Assembly: GCA_001179505.1 (NCBI GenBank)
Contig: CDMY01000268.1
Coordinates: 1-64,000 of the forward strand
Reading direction: 5' to 3'
DNA length: 64,000 nt
Source of the DNA: Vitrella brassicaformis CCMP3155
Lineage: Eukaryota; Protista; Chromerida
Part shown: positions 49,768 through 61,195 of the stretch, in pieces
How the letters are laid out: every line of letters begins with the position of its first letter
Position numbering within the stretch: position 1 is the stretch's first letter
The notes under the pieces: model-generated
What the model was told of the DNA's origin: nothing
Seen by the model: only the letters and a program-made list of their open reading frames with translations
The model's database searches: none
Position numbers and translations under genes: made by a program

Positions 49768-51132
49768 ATGGACGAGCTCATTCCCTTTGTAATGGACATC
49801 GTTCCGGTCGCTGCACTCTACGCTGGAGTGGCGGCCGTGATCTTCGGCAGCTGGCCACGCAAGAATCGGACGACGCCCAAGGACTTTCAGAAGCCGCTCA
49901 GCCTGTCTGAGGCGCTGACCGACTTCGGCGAGGCGGCCAGGTACGCACACACAGGAGAAAATCTTCCATCACCTCCAGTGTTCGCTCTCCCATAGGGATC
50001 TCGACGGGGCCCTGGATTCCGTGTCGGACATCCTGACGCGGCTGCAGACCATCTTGGCACCTGGTGAGACCTTCAAACTACTGGTCGTGGGGATAACTGG
50101 ATAAGCGGCAAAGAGGAATGCACGACCGACGCCAAGAACACACAATCGTGCATGTCTCTTCGCGTCTCGCAGCCATGGCAAGACCTCGTTCCTCAATTCC
50201 CTCCGTTCAATCATGCGGTGCTTGGTGGACGACAAAACGAACGGCACGAGCGAGAGATACAACGGCAAATTCACGCAGGTATGGAAGGAAATTGGTATTT
50301 TCTTCATGTGATTGGTGTCATTTCTTGTCGACATCCTCGACTCTCCCTTCTCAGTTTGAAGCCCAAGGCAAGACGCGCAGCACCCACATCACCAAGCATT
50401 TCATGACCAAGTGGGCGGCACCTAACAACCATGACATCCCTCTCCAGTTCCAGGACACGCCTGGCATCGCCGTCCCTCACGAGATCACCGACATCATTAA
50501 AGCCGTCGAGGTGGGCACACACTGGGGGGGCTCACGCAGAGTCATCTTTCCCCCCGTGAGCATACAGGGTCGTCTCCCAGAGGACGGCTCTAACGTGGTC
50601 AAGCCAAATGCACCGCTGGTGGTGCTCAGCTGTGAAGTGGATACTGCCTCAGAGGAGTGCAACAACATCAAAGCCATCATCCGACACGGAATGGACGTCC
50701 AGAAAGGTAATCATCCACCCATACGAACATACAAGAGACTGTACATTTGTGTCTGCTGGCAGGTGGTGTGTATGTGGTGTGCACGAAGGCCGACAAGCTG
50801 CCCTTCGTCACCAGGCAGGGACTCACGACACGCAAACAGCGACTCGAGTTCTTCCAGTCCCCCAAATTTGAGAGGGAGATCGACATCCGCCGCGCGAAAG
50901 TGGCCGAAGACCTCGGGTGCGGACACACACATTGACACACACACACACCCCCCTACATCAAAACGCCAGGCCTGCTGTCTGTTATCTGTGTGTCCTTAGT
51001 GTTGACATGAGCCACGTGTATTGCGTGGTCAACTATGGCGAGGATGGCTATCTCAATCCGGTCATGAGCCTGCGACTTGTCCACGTTTTGAAGAGCATCG
51101 TCACCGACTGCTACCTTCGCTTCGAGCAGTAG
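49768..51132 (+). CDS. IFI44/IFI44L-like P-loop GTPase with N-terminal TM segment; one intron has a non-canonical AT donor
   Basis: GCCACCATGG start; TM VPVAALYAGVAAVIFG; G1 LLVVGITG/HGKTSFLNSLRSI; G3 DTPG; G4 TKAD; C-terminus VAEDLGVDMSHVYCVVNYGEDGYLNPVMSLRLVHVLKSIV..EQ*. Confidence 0.7.
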
Positions 51133-51854
51133 GTAAGAACGCAACTGCCAGACTCTCCAGCGTCTGTCCTTTTCCGTTTGCAGGACCAAGTATCATGTGT
51201 GCCAACGCCGCTGCTGTATGTCGTGACGTGACGTGTCGTGACGTGACGTGTTCCATGGCTGTGCGATTCTGTCTCGCCGCTGCGCTTGCGCAGACTTGCT
51301 GGTGTATCGGCACTTGCGGGTGTGGCATGCTTGCGCATGAGCGTTAAGCAGTTCGTATGATTTCAATCGTGTTGTCTCTGCTTGTCGGGACGGTGGGATA
51401 CATGGAGGGTACACAGAAGTACGTGCACACTCAGCCGATTTTTATGCCTTCTGTTTGTCTGATTTCATAAAGATCACACTCTTTGCGCTGCATCCAGAAA
51501 CACAACGTTTGTGTTAGTTTGATATTCTCAACGTGGCTGTGGCATCATATTAAAAATCAAAGTACGAAATCACGATGCAATTAATGTGTCCAAATCGTCA
51601 GCAGCAAAGTCCCTGCTGCCTCGTTCAATGAATCTGACCCCTCCCGCCCACTATCCTTCTGTCTGTCTGTCTGTCTGTCTATCACACAGCATCTGCCTGT
51701 CTGCTGTGTATGCGGACAGACCACATCGCACCAATCCAGCGAACACAACGAACACAGAGGGCCGAGAACAGAGAGGCCTCACAAATCTGAATAAAAGCAA
51801 TACGCATACAGCACAGCCATCAGAGACTTCCTCAAGTGATCTCGGGCCTCACAC

Positions 51855-54800
51855 TCACACCACCTCGAGCACCTCCACCTCATCTGCCATAAACTGACGA
51901 CTGCCCCCAAACATAGCAGAGCCATGCTCATCCCTCACCCCCACATAGCCATCAGGCACATACTCGCTGAGGATCCGCTGACGGCAGATGCGCATGTCAG
52001 CAGCAGCGCCACCCTCACAGCCCAACCACAGCCACCCAGTCCCACTGATCCACAGCTTCGCCCCATACATTGTCACCTCCCGCCCAGCCACCCCCACCAT
52101 CCGGCTGCCTTTTTTCATCATCTTCGGTGTGTCGAAGTGGCCGGCCAGAGAAAAATCACACCCATCACACTGGTAGACGTTCAGTGGTTTTGGGTCGTCG
52201 GGCAGTCGGATGCCACCACTGATGAAGGCGCCGAAGACGTACTCGCCCAATACATACATGTCCCGTCTGAATACATACATGTCCCGTCTGACGATGAACA
52301 CCAGGCCCTTCGTGTCACCCACACACCGCAGGAGATCATCATATGACGCCCCGTCACGCGAGGCCCTAAGAATAGAAGACAGACAGAGTCAAAGGATCGA
52401 CCTGTTCTAAGGTCAGGTGTACCTGTAGATCAGCTTCAGTTCATGGGTTCCCATTGCCGGCCCCAGAAACCGATAGAGTGCCGAAGATTGAAAGGGATCA
52501 AAAGTTGTGCCCTCGATCACCTGCAATATAACAACAACATCGCCGTCTGATTCGATCTCTCTTTGATGTGTGTATGACCTTGAGTGACAGCAGGCCGTCG
52601 ACACGAATGACTTCCATCTCATCAGCCATAAACTCCTCACTGCCCCCAAACAGAGCACGGCCAGCCTCATTCCTCACCCCCACATAGCCCTCAGGCACTT
52701 CCCAGCTCCACATGAAGCGACGGCAGCTGCGAATATCAGCAGCAGCAGCAGCGCCACCTCCATAGCCCAACCAACGGCCCAGCCAACCGAACCAGCCATC
52801 CCCATGGCCCCATCCCAACCAGTCGCATGGCCCGATCCTCACCCTTGCCCCTCGCACTGTAGCTCTGTCCCGCCCGGCCACACAAACTGGCCATTTGCCT
52901 TCCCACGTGATGGTGGGCTTTTCAAAGTGGCCGGCCAGCGAGAATTGCCACCCATCACAGTCGTACTCGTTTCTGCCTCTAGGGTCGTCGGGCAGCCGGA
53001 TGCCGGCACTGATCCAGGAGCCGAAGACGTACTTGTCCTTGCGGATGATGAACGCCAGGCCACTCGCATCGCCCACACACTGAAGCAGATCACCATAGGT
53101 TGCGCCATCGACAGAGGCCCTTAGGATACCAGAAAGACGACAGAGAATGACACATGATTGATTGCAGGCCCTGTGTGTGGTTTGTTTGTACCTGTACAGC
53201 AGAGTGAATTTACATTCGTCCAACATGGACGGCACGAAGAGGGAGCGGAGGGCCGTACGTTCAGACGAAGTCAGTCTGCTGCCAACGATCATCTGCACGC
53301 AGACAGACGCACGTGTTGGTGACTGCATTTTTGTTTCTGATCTGGACGCAATCATGCCATGTGCAGACTCTCACTTGCGGGTCATGCAGTTTGTCATCCT
53401 CGTGTGTTGTGCTGCGAATTGAAACGGCCATCACATGGCCAGCCGCACCGTCAGACACACTCAGCCTATCATTATCGTCCTGATGACAGTACAGCGAAGA
53501 TGTACAACAAGTGAGTTTCAGTCCTCTTTGTCTGCGTCAGTCTCACCTCTGGTATGTCACTGAGGCGATCGTCGGCAGTGACGGTGAAGACAGACTTGGC
53601 CGATGAACGGGACCACACCTGCATGCACACAAACTCACAATGCCTGACCGCCTGCCTGCCTCTCCGTGTCTGTGGGTGTCCACTTGATTGCGCTTCACTG
53701 ACCACAGACGGCGGCCCCTCTCTGTGGCTGCGTGTGGGGGTCCTGTGGATCTTGTTTGGAGGCCTCTCGTTGCTCAGTCGGCTCTCTCACGGCGTCAGCC
53801 AGCTGAAGAGCAACAGGAGTAGATGTATAGCAGAAACTTATTCCGCAACACATGAATGAGCCCTCTTGCTTTACTTACGCTCATGGTGTTGCGCTCTGAT
53901 GGCTGCGACTGTGTGTCGAGCGGCCGATCGCTGGCAGCAGCATCGTCGTCTGGTGGACATGTCGTAGCCTGCAATGACGACGGCAGACACATAAAGGCCT
54001 CATTTGCTGCCGTGGTGTGCGCAAGCTAGGTGTATCACTTGTCGGCTGAGGTCGGTGGTCGGTCCGATGAAGCCATCCGCCATTCGCACCGCAGCTGCCT
54101 CATCAACCTTTTGGCCCTGCAAGGCACCACAGGAGAAACATGCATGGGCTGGGTGCATTGTCTGACGTCGTATACCTGCTGATCGCTGACGCTGTCGCCT
54201 CTTGGTGGCGGTGCAGGGACAGACTCGGTGCTCTGGGAGAAGAGAAACACATGTCGCTGAAGGGGCATGTGGCTGTGCAGTGCGCACCTGCCTGGTCCAT
54301 CCGGTCTTGTCAGGGAGCTCCTCTTGTGGCGGCTGGCAGGTGAGGGGCATGGGTAGAGGGTGGGGGTGGGGCAAATGCATCGGCAGCGAAGAGATGGACG
54401 CTGAGCGAGCTACGGACGAAAAGCAGCCGTTTGTTGAGAAGAGGAGTGCTGATGAAGGGCATGGGCCAGGCAGAGGGGCTACTAAAGCTGCGGCGGCGGC
54501 AGGTGGGTCAGAGGACGGCAAAGGGATCTGGAGTAGGCATGGATCGACAAACGTGGATGATACTTTGTCCATCCTACTTGTAAGCATCGTTTTCTGAATG
54601 ACTTGATCCACTTGTCGCTCGCAGAAAAGTCCCCGACGCCCAGCCGACTGGCAATCTCGATTGCCTTGGCTCTGATGGCCCTTGGGGGGACGCTTGTGGG
54701 GTCGTCATGGGTGGCCATCCACTGCCGCATCTCGTCCTCAATCTGCCGGTACTTGGGCTGCCTGTTGCGCTTCTTGTCCGAGTCGGTGACCGGCATCCCG

Positions 54801-55145
54801 GCCTCCCTCTGCTTCTTGATGTCACTGCACCACTGTCTGAAGCGCTTGGGTGGAATGCCTTGCTCCTCCGCAAACTGGGACATGTTGATGGACTCGCCGG
54901 ATTGCTGCCGGCGAATGAACTCGTCGACCAGCTGCAGCCGCTCGCTGATGGCCACCTCGCCCGCCCTCTCTGTCGACATCTGGACAACCGTGGACAACAG
55001 ACATGTGAAGGCATGTGAGTGACCGGATTTTCACCTGTTGTGAGGATTGTCGGGTCGTGCTTCTTGATGTGGGCTGTGGCGGGAGCGACTCAGCTCGATC
55101 GTGGTGGGCAGCTGATGCACCCGCGGTGATCACCGGCTGACCCAT
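51855..55145 (-). CDS. CENP-B/pogo-type HTH-TLDc-TLDc (copy 3)
   Basis: ERLQLVDEF..RNRQPKYRQIEDEMRQW..GDFSASDKWIKSFRKR; same exon chain as copy 2; TLDc exons at ~53121-52580 and 52366-51855 with an in-frame RRDMYV duplication. Confidence 0.85.
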
Positions 55146-56302
55146 AACCACCAGGCCATGACTCGAAAAAGGCCAATCAGCTTCATCTAATCGACAATCG
55201 CATCCTTGTCTGCACGGCTCTCAGTGTGTCGTGTCTGTCCACTCACCGTGATGCGAGTCTGTCGTCAATCCACCGCCGAGATCATTCGATTCCCATTCTG
55301 TCTGTGGCTGCATCGCGCACAGACACACAGCCGGGGACGGTCAACAGACATCAAACAGATCGCCGTGCATCGACTGTGTGTGCGACTATGTGTTCGCACC
55401 TGATGATGAGCGTTGTCGTGATTCACTGTGACTGCAGCTGCGGCAGCCACCTGCTGGGGGAACGGACAGAGCCACCGCCGGGTGTGTTCATCTCACTGAT
55501 GCACGTACCTGTGTTTGGCTGTCATGATGCTCGTGATGCTCCTCGGCCGACGCCACGGCCCACACCCAATCACCCTGCACAAACATTAGAAGCAGACACT
55601 ATCGAATCAGCCAAAGCGGTGACGTATTGCGGCACAGCACACTACCTGTTCGTCAGATCTGCCCAAAGCACTCATCAGAATGCCTTCTTCTCGCCAAAAC
55701 GATGAGTTCTTGCCTCTCGTGCCGAGATCGCTGCAGCTCGCACCAAAGCGGAATGAAGGGGCAGGAACCGCAAGGGAGCCCGTTGGATGCTATCCGTGTG
55801 GCTGTTGTGTTGTCTGCAGGTCGCCTCCTCCGAGCGACAGTGGAGATCTGGCTATCGTGATGCGGGGGACGCTCCACGCTGCTGCTGCTCCTTGTGAAAG
55901 TCTTGTGACGTCACGTTGAGACCACCACGACGGCCCAAACACGGTGGGTCAAACATAAGAGCTTCCTCTTTCTCAGTTTCATCGGCAGATGAGCGTTCAT
56001 TTCGGCACGATCGTGCCGAATTACGGGATTGTGCCTCTGAATACGCTGGTGATCGGCGATGCAGGATTGATTACTTGTGCGGCGTGCTGCTGTCTGGCTC
56101 TTCTCGGCATAATTACAATGAACGGTGACTTGTGCATGTTCACCTCATGCACACCGGACCTGCCAAGCACACGGTGTTTGCTGTTTGCTCTGCAGGTGGT
56201 GTTCCTCTGTCACGTGCACACCTCCTGCATAGAGTTCACGAGCAATGGCCTTCCATCAAGCTCGATCGCCATCGGTCTCAGTCGCTGGCCGACCCCATCA
56301 AC

Positions 56303-57234
56303 ATGACCGCCCCAGAGGAGCATCGGCAAGTGTGGCTCACCAAGGAGAGCACCGAGCTCATTATGGGTCAGCCAGGCTGGCAGCTGGCCCTCCTGCCGGC
56401 CAAGATCGACGAGGACGCCCGGCCGCGGCCAGTCCGCCATCTGTATCGCCTCCAGGATTTCCGCAAGCCGGCAATGGACATTGACGAGCAGGCGACTGAC
56501 TTTGACAGCCAGTGCGGCGTGCGCGTCTACTGGGGAGGTGAGCTGGTGAACGAGGTGCGCTATGTGCCGGTGAAGAAGAGCAAGGACGACAGGCTGTGCG
56601 CCACGTGTGTGGTGCCGTGTGCTGATGGCGATGGCAATGTGGGCATCTGCGGCAAGCAGAACACCTACCGCAACGTGGTCAACTCTCACCTGCGCAAGAC
56701 ACACAAACTGACAAACGAGGATGCACAGGTGTTTGGACAGACGGCCACATGGTTGTTGCCTCGTAAACGTGTGGTGTGCATTGTGCGTTGCCTTCAGCTG
56801 CTGCTTGTCGGCCCTCAGTCACTGGCGCCCACAACCCCCGCCACACATACACGTAAGATGCGTGTTTGCCTTCTACTTGTCTGTTCATCATGACTGCTGC
56901 ATGCTGTCTGTGTGTAAACAGTTGCCACGACCTTCGTGTTTGCCGGCAGTGTGATCCACCCAAAAGGCAGCGGCGCAGATACGTGAGTGAGCACGTTCAC
57001 ACGTCGTCGTGTGGCTGTATGTGGACGCGTCCGCCCGTAGGTGTGTGCAGGCCATCCCTCGGTGTTCTGCCGCTTGACGCCATGCCGGCTGCTGCTGATG
57101 CCGATGCCGATGGTGCTGAAGACAGCAGCGTGACGCGGGAGATTGGACAGAGAGGCGCCTCCACACGCGAGGAGACCGACCCTTGGGCTGACGGATGGGT
57201 CGACAGCGTCATTGGCGCGCATATGGGCCATTAG
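56303..57234 (+). CDS. Putative zinc-finger protein (copy 2)
   Basis: MTAPEEHRQVWLTKE..CGKQNTYRNVVNSHLRKTHKL..DPWADGWVDSVIGAHMGH*, paralogous to 47350-48287. Confidence 0.65.
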
Positions 57235-58124
57235 TGAGTGTGCTTGGCGTGTCTCTATATCACCCGTGTAATGATGCGGCTTGTCTCGGGTGGGTGGGTA
57301 GTTGACACTACTAGTTGTCTTGTTCGTGTATGTGTGTGTGTCTGGTCCTTTGCTCTACCTGCATGGAATCTGCGCCGGTCATTTTTGACTCGTTTTATGT
57401 CCGCATTAGCCACAAGAGGGATGAGCGACGCAATGCGAAAGGGCCAAGACTGTATCGTGATGCCATACGCAGACTGCCCTGATTGAAGTCATGATGTTGT
57501 TGAAGGTATGGATTCCCAGCAAGTGTCAACAGACAGACAGACAGACAGAGAGACAGGGGGGTCGATGTGGGTGGGAGGGTGGGTGAGTTGATTAATCGAG
57601 CGACACGTGTGACAAAGAAGCGAATCAAAGCACCTTGCTATGGTACGATTCGCCAATATCCCTGAGCAAGGCGTCTCACGCTGACGCATTGCACCATCAG
57701 GCATACACAAAACACCTCACAAGACACGAAACACCAAAATCGAATCAAGAACCCCTCTCCCCATTCTCGCACAAGTGCACAGACCGATGAGTGTCGCTTG
57801 TGATACGCCAGGCACAAACAGACAGACAGACAGACAGACAGCTTTGTCAAACGGCTCGCCGCAACAAAAGCACACACACTTGGATGCATCAAGCCCTCGC
57901 CCAATGCAGAGACATGCACGTACGTCAACACATGAATCAAATGCAATTCAATCGACACGCATCGATACCCAGGCAGGCAGGAAGGTGAGCAGAAAACGAC
58001 CAACAACCCATCACCCTCGCCTCCCTCCCTCCGCCCCTCCGTGTCGGTCTGTCTGTAGGTCTCTCTCTTCCTGTCTTCCTCTCTCCTGCCGCATCTCTTG
58101 ACATTCAGCCCGCCGGTCAGGAGC

Positions 58125-58747
58125 CTACCGGCCATTGCCGCGCCCGACACTGCCAGGAACGACCTCCCACTGCTTGCCGGGCGCGCGCCCGACACTGCCA
58201 GGAATGACCTCCCACTGCTTGGCGGGCCCGACACTGCCAGGAATAACATCCCACTGCTTGGCGGGCCCGACACTGCCAGGAATAATCTCTAGCTGCTCGG
58301 CGGGCCTGACACTGCTAGGATCAATCTCCCACTGCCGAACACTGCCAGGAATCCTGGCTGGGCTGCCAATGACTGGGTTGCGAGAAACAACCGGTGCGCT
58401 GGGGGGCCTGCTCGCAAAGACTGGGTTGCTGGAAACCACCCCGGATCCACTGGCTGGGGTGCCACCAGTAGGCCCTGGTGCATTGGCCGGCTTATTATCT
58501 TCCCAGTTGGAAGAAGGCAGACGAAGAGGTTTCCGGATCACAGCTTGGGCATCTGCACCAGACAGACAGACAGACAGACGCAGAGAAGGACAGGCAATTA
58601 AGCAAAAAGGTCTCTGTGGATACAGTAGAGGCATCCTCTGCCCCCCTCTCTCCCGTCCCTTCGCCCACGTCGCAGGTTTGCTGTGTCTGGTGCGGCCATC
58701 GCAGAGGGCAGCAGCACGAGTAACGCTGTCAGCACCAGGGGACTCAT
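58125..58747 (-). CDS. Secreted Pro/Gly-rich protein with five QW(E/D)V(I/V)PGSVG-like repeats
   Basis: Signal peptide MSPLVLTALLVLLPSAMA, one phase-1 intron, ~39-bp repeats at 58140-58350 encoding ..PAKQWDVIPGSVGPAKQWEVIPGSVGRAPGKQWEVVPGSVGRGNGR*. Confidence 0.7.
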
Positions 58748-58921
58748 GACGGAGGAAGTGCGACGAGGAGAGAGCCTTATGTGTGCGATGTTGACGAAAT
58801 GCGGCTGCCTGACGATCGAGTGTCTGTCTCTCAAGGGAGAGGAGAAAAACGGTCCCCGCGCGCACTCTAAAATCGCATGTTTACAAAAGGCTGGAGAGTT
58901 TACAGCTGTACGGCCGGGGTG

Positions 58922-60319
58922 ATGGCTGCTGTGGAAGATGGCCATCTGCACGAATGGCTTCACAAGCAACGGAAAGAACGAACCTCGACAGCTCAGATGC
59001 GGTGAGTGAAACAGCAAGGAGTGACCGGAGTGGCTGATATGGTCTGCTTCCTCTGTGTGTGTCCTGCAGGCCATTCGTTCTGCGCAGATGTGAGAAGCAG
59101 GGAGGCGGCTCTTGCTGTGACAGCCACAGATCTGATGTGTGTGCTGTGTGTAGTGCATCGTTGACCTCCACCGTCACGCAGCCAACAACACCATCCCATG
59201 CCCCAACAGATGCGGGTTAGACACTCAAGATAACTCATGAAGGGACGGCCGCATGTGAGTGTGCCCTGTGTCTGATACGATAGGCTGGCGACGCCAGTAC
59301 TGGTCGACGTCGATGTACCTAAGAACTATGCCCTGGCGGCCGCAGTGGAGCGGAATGAGCAGCAAGGTACACAAAGGAATGCATACAAAGGCACACACAC
59401 ACAGAAACACACACACACACACTCTTGTCGACTGAAGGTTGATGTACCTCTTCTTCGTGCAGAGCTTCAGCAGCTGACTCTGCTGCACAAGTGCGCCACT
59501 GCCGCCCACTCATTGACACCGCCGGAGGTGGCGCAGGTCATGCAGATGTGCGGCCTCTCACACGCGACGGACACTCTGCCGAACATGCGCAGTCGTCTGC
59601 ACGGCCACCTGACGGTAAGTGTGACCGACCCACTCACACACGCTATCAATCAGCCGTGTCTCCCCGTCTGTGTTTGGTCTGCAGTCGTCGATTGAGGGCA
59701 GTAAGGTCACGAGGCTGCACGAAATGTTTATCACCAAGTGGGCCAATGCGGGCAACAAGTCACTCCGGCTGATCTACCAGTACAGCTGGTGTCAACAACG
59801 TGGCCAACAGACAGAGCCACTGCATCTCTGCGCGTGTGTGCCATTAGATCGACGCGCGACGGGCCATCGTACGGCGATTTCCTGCGCTGTGTCGGCGATG
59901 CGAGTGGCCTCGTGTTCGTCGTCATCAAGGACAAGTACGTATTTGGGGCCTTCATCAGCACCAGCATCCAGCTCCCCGACGACCTAGCAGGCGACAATCG
60001 CTACGAGTGTGATGTGTGGCATTTCTCACTGGCCGGCCACTTCCGCCAATTGACCAAGATTGCTGCAAAAGGCAGGGAGACAGTGAATGTGGCCGGGCGG
60101 GAGGGGCTTACAGCGGCTGGGGCGAAGCTGGAGATCGGTGGGTGTCTGGATTTGGGATGTGTTCCTGCTGCTGATGATATCCGCAGCTGCTATCAGTTCA
60201 TACACAGCGGTGATGTGCCTGAGGGCTATATGGGGGTGAGATATGGGTTTGCCAATGCCCTGTTTGGGGGCAGCAGAATGTTTATGGCTGACAATGTGGA
60301 GGTCCTGAGTGTGGCGTAA
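58922..60319 (+). pseudogene. RING-TLDc with a 14-bp frameshifting deletion in exon 1; downstream exons intact
   Basis: CATCTGCACGAAT vs CATCTG-CTGTGCGGGATCTG-CACGAAT in the 10.9-kb paralogue. Later exons GHSFCAD / CIVDL..CPNRCG / ..STRDGPSYGDFLRC..FMADNVEVLSVA* are open. Confidence 0.75.
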
Positions 60320-61195
60320 GCCGTCTAAGAAGGGACCGTATGCCAAGGCTCTGTTTGGGGGCAGCAGGCGCTTCATGGCTGATGAGGTGGAGGTACTCAC
60401 TGCGGTGTGACAATGAGGAAGGAGAGGTCAGATTGATTGAGGGTTGCATGCCACTCCTCGAGACATGACATGCTTTGGTGACTGTATGTATGTCTGTACA
60501 CTCATTTTATTCAGCTGCGAGGCCTTTCGTTATTGCTTTCTGCGTGTTTGTGGTGTGATGTCGTATATAATACCATTGCCGTACGTGTCCTGCTTTTAGC
60601 CAACTGTGTGGTCTGGCTACACAGCAGAAGGTGTCTGAATGAGACATCCGTCACAAGAGCCACATGATGCGTATCTGTTTGGACTATGATGGTGGCCTTT
60701 CTCCCATCGTTTGGTGCATCTTTTTGCGAAGGGGGTACTACATGTGTGCGTCCCTTCGCTGCCTGTCGCGTGTCTGCGTGTGGATGTGTGTGTGCGTGTG
60801 TATATACAACAATCCCTGATGTGGTCTCCCAAGCCACGCACCCAGACATACACACCAACGCATGAGTGCCGTCAAACGTGATTGTGACTCGTGACTGCGA
60901 TGCACGCAAAATCGACGATATGTGTACACGTATGCGTACACGATTTGTTGTATACAGTCAGTGCACTGTGTATGCTTCGCTTACAAAGCCATTCCCTCGG
61001 TCCTGTGGTCAATAGGGACCGTACATGCGACGTATCAGCCGGTCGTTGCTTGATAGAACTTTCCGCCCATCAGCTAGTCACTGCTTTAAACAGCCTCTCG
61101 TGCTTGCGCTACCGCTGACTCATGAATTCAATCGTCGCTCCACGATCCAAAATAATGAGCTCGCGGAGGGAGGAGGAAAAGAGGAGGAAGCCGCG

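Noticed and set aside
51221-51252. GTCGTGACGTGACGT short repeat as a regulatory element
   Set aside because: Two-unit low-complexity repeat in a 3' intergenic region with no second occurrence.
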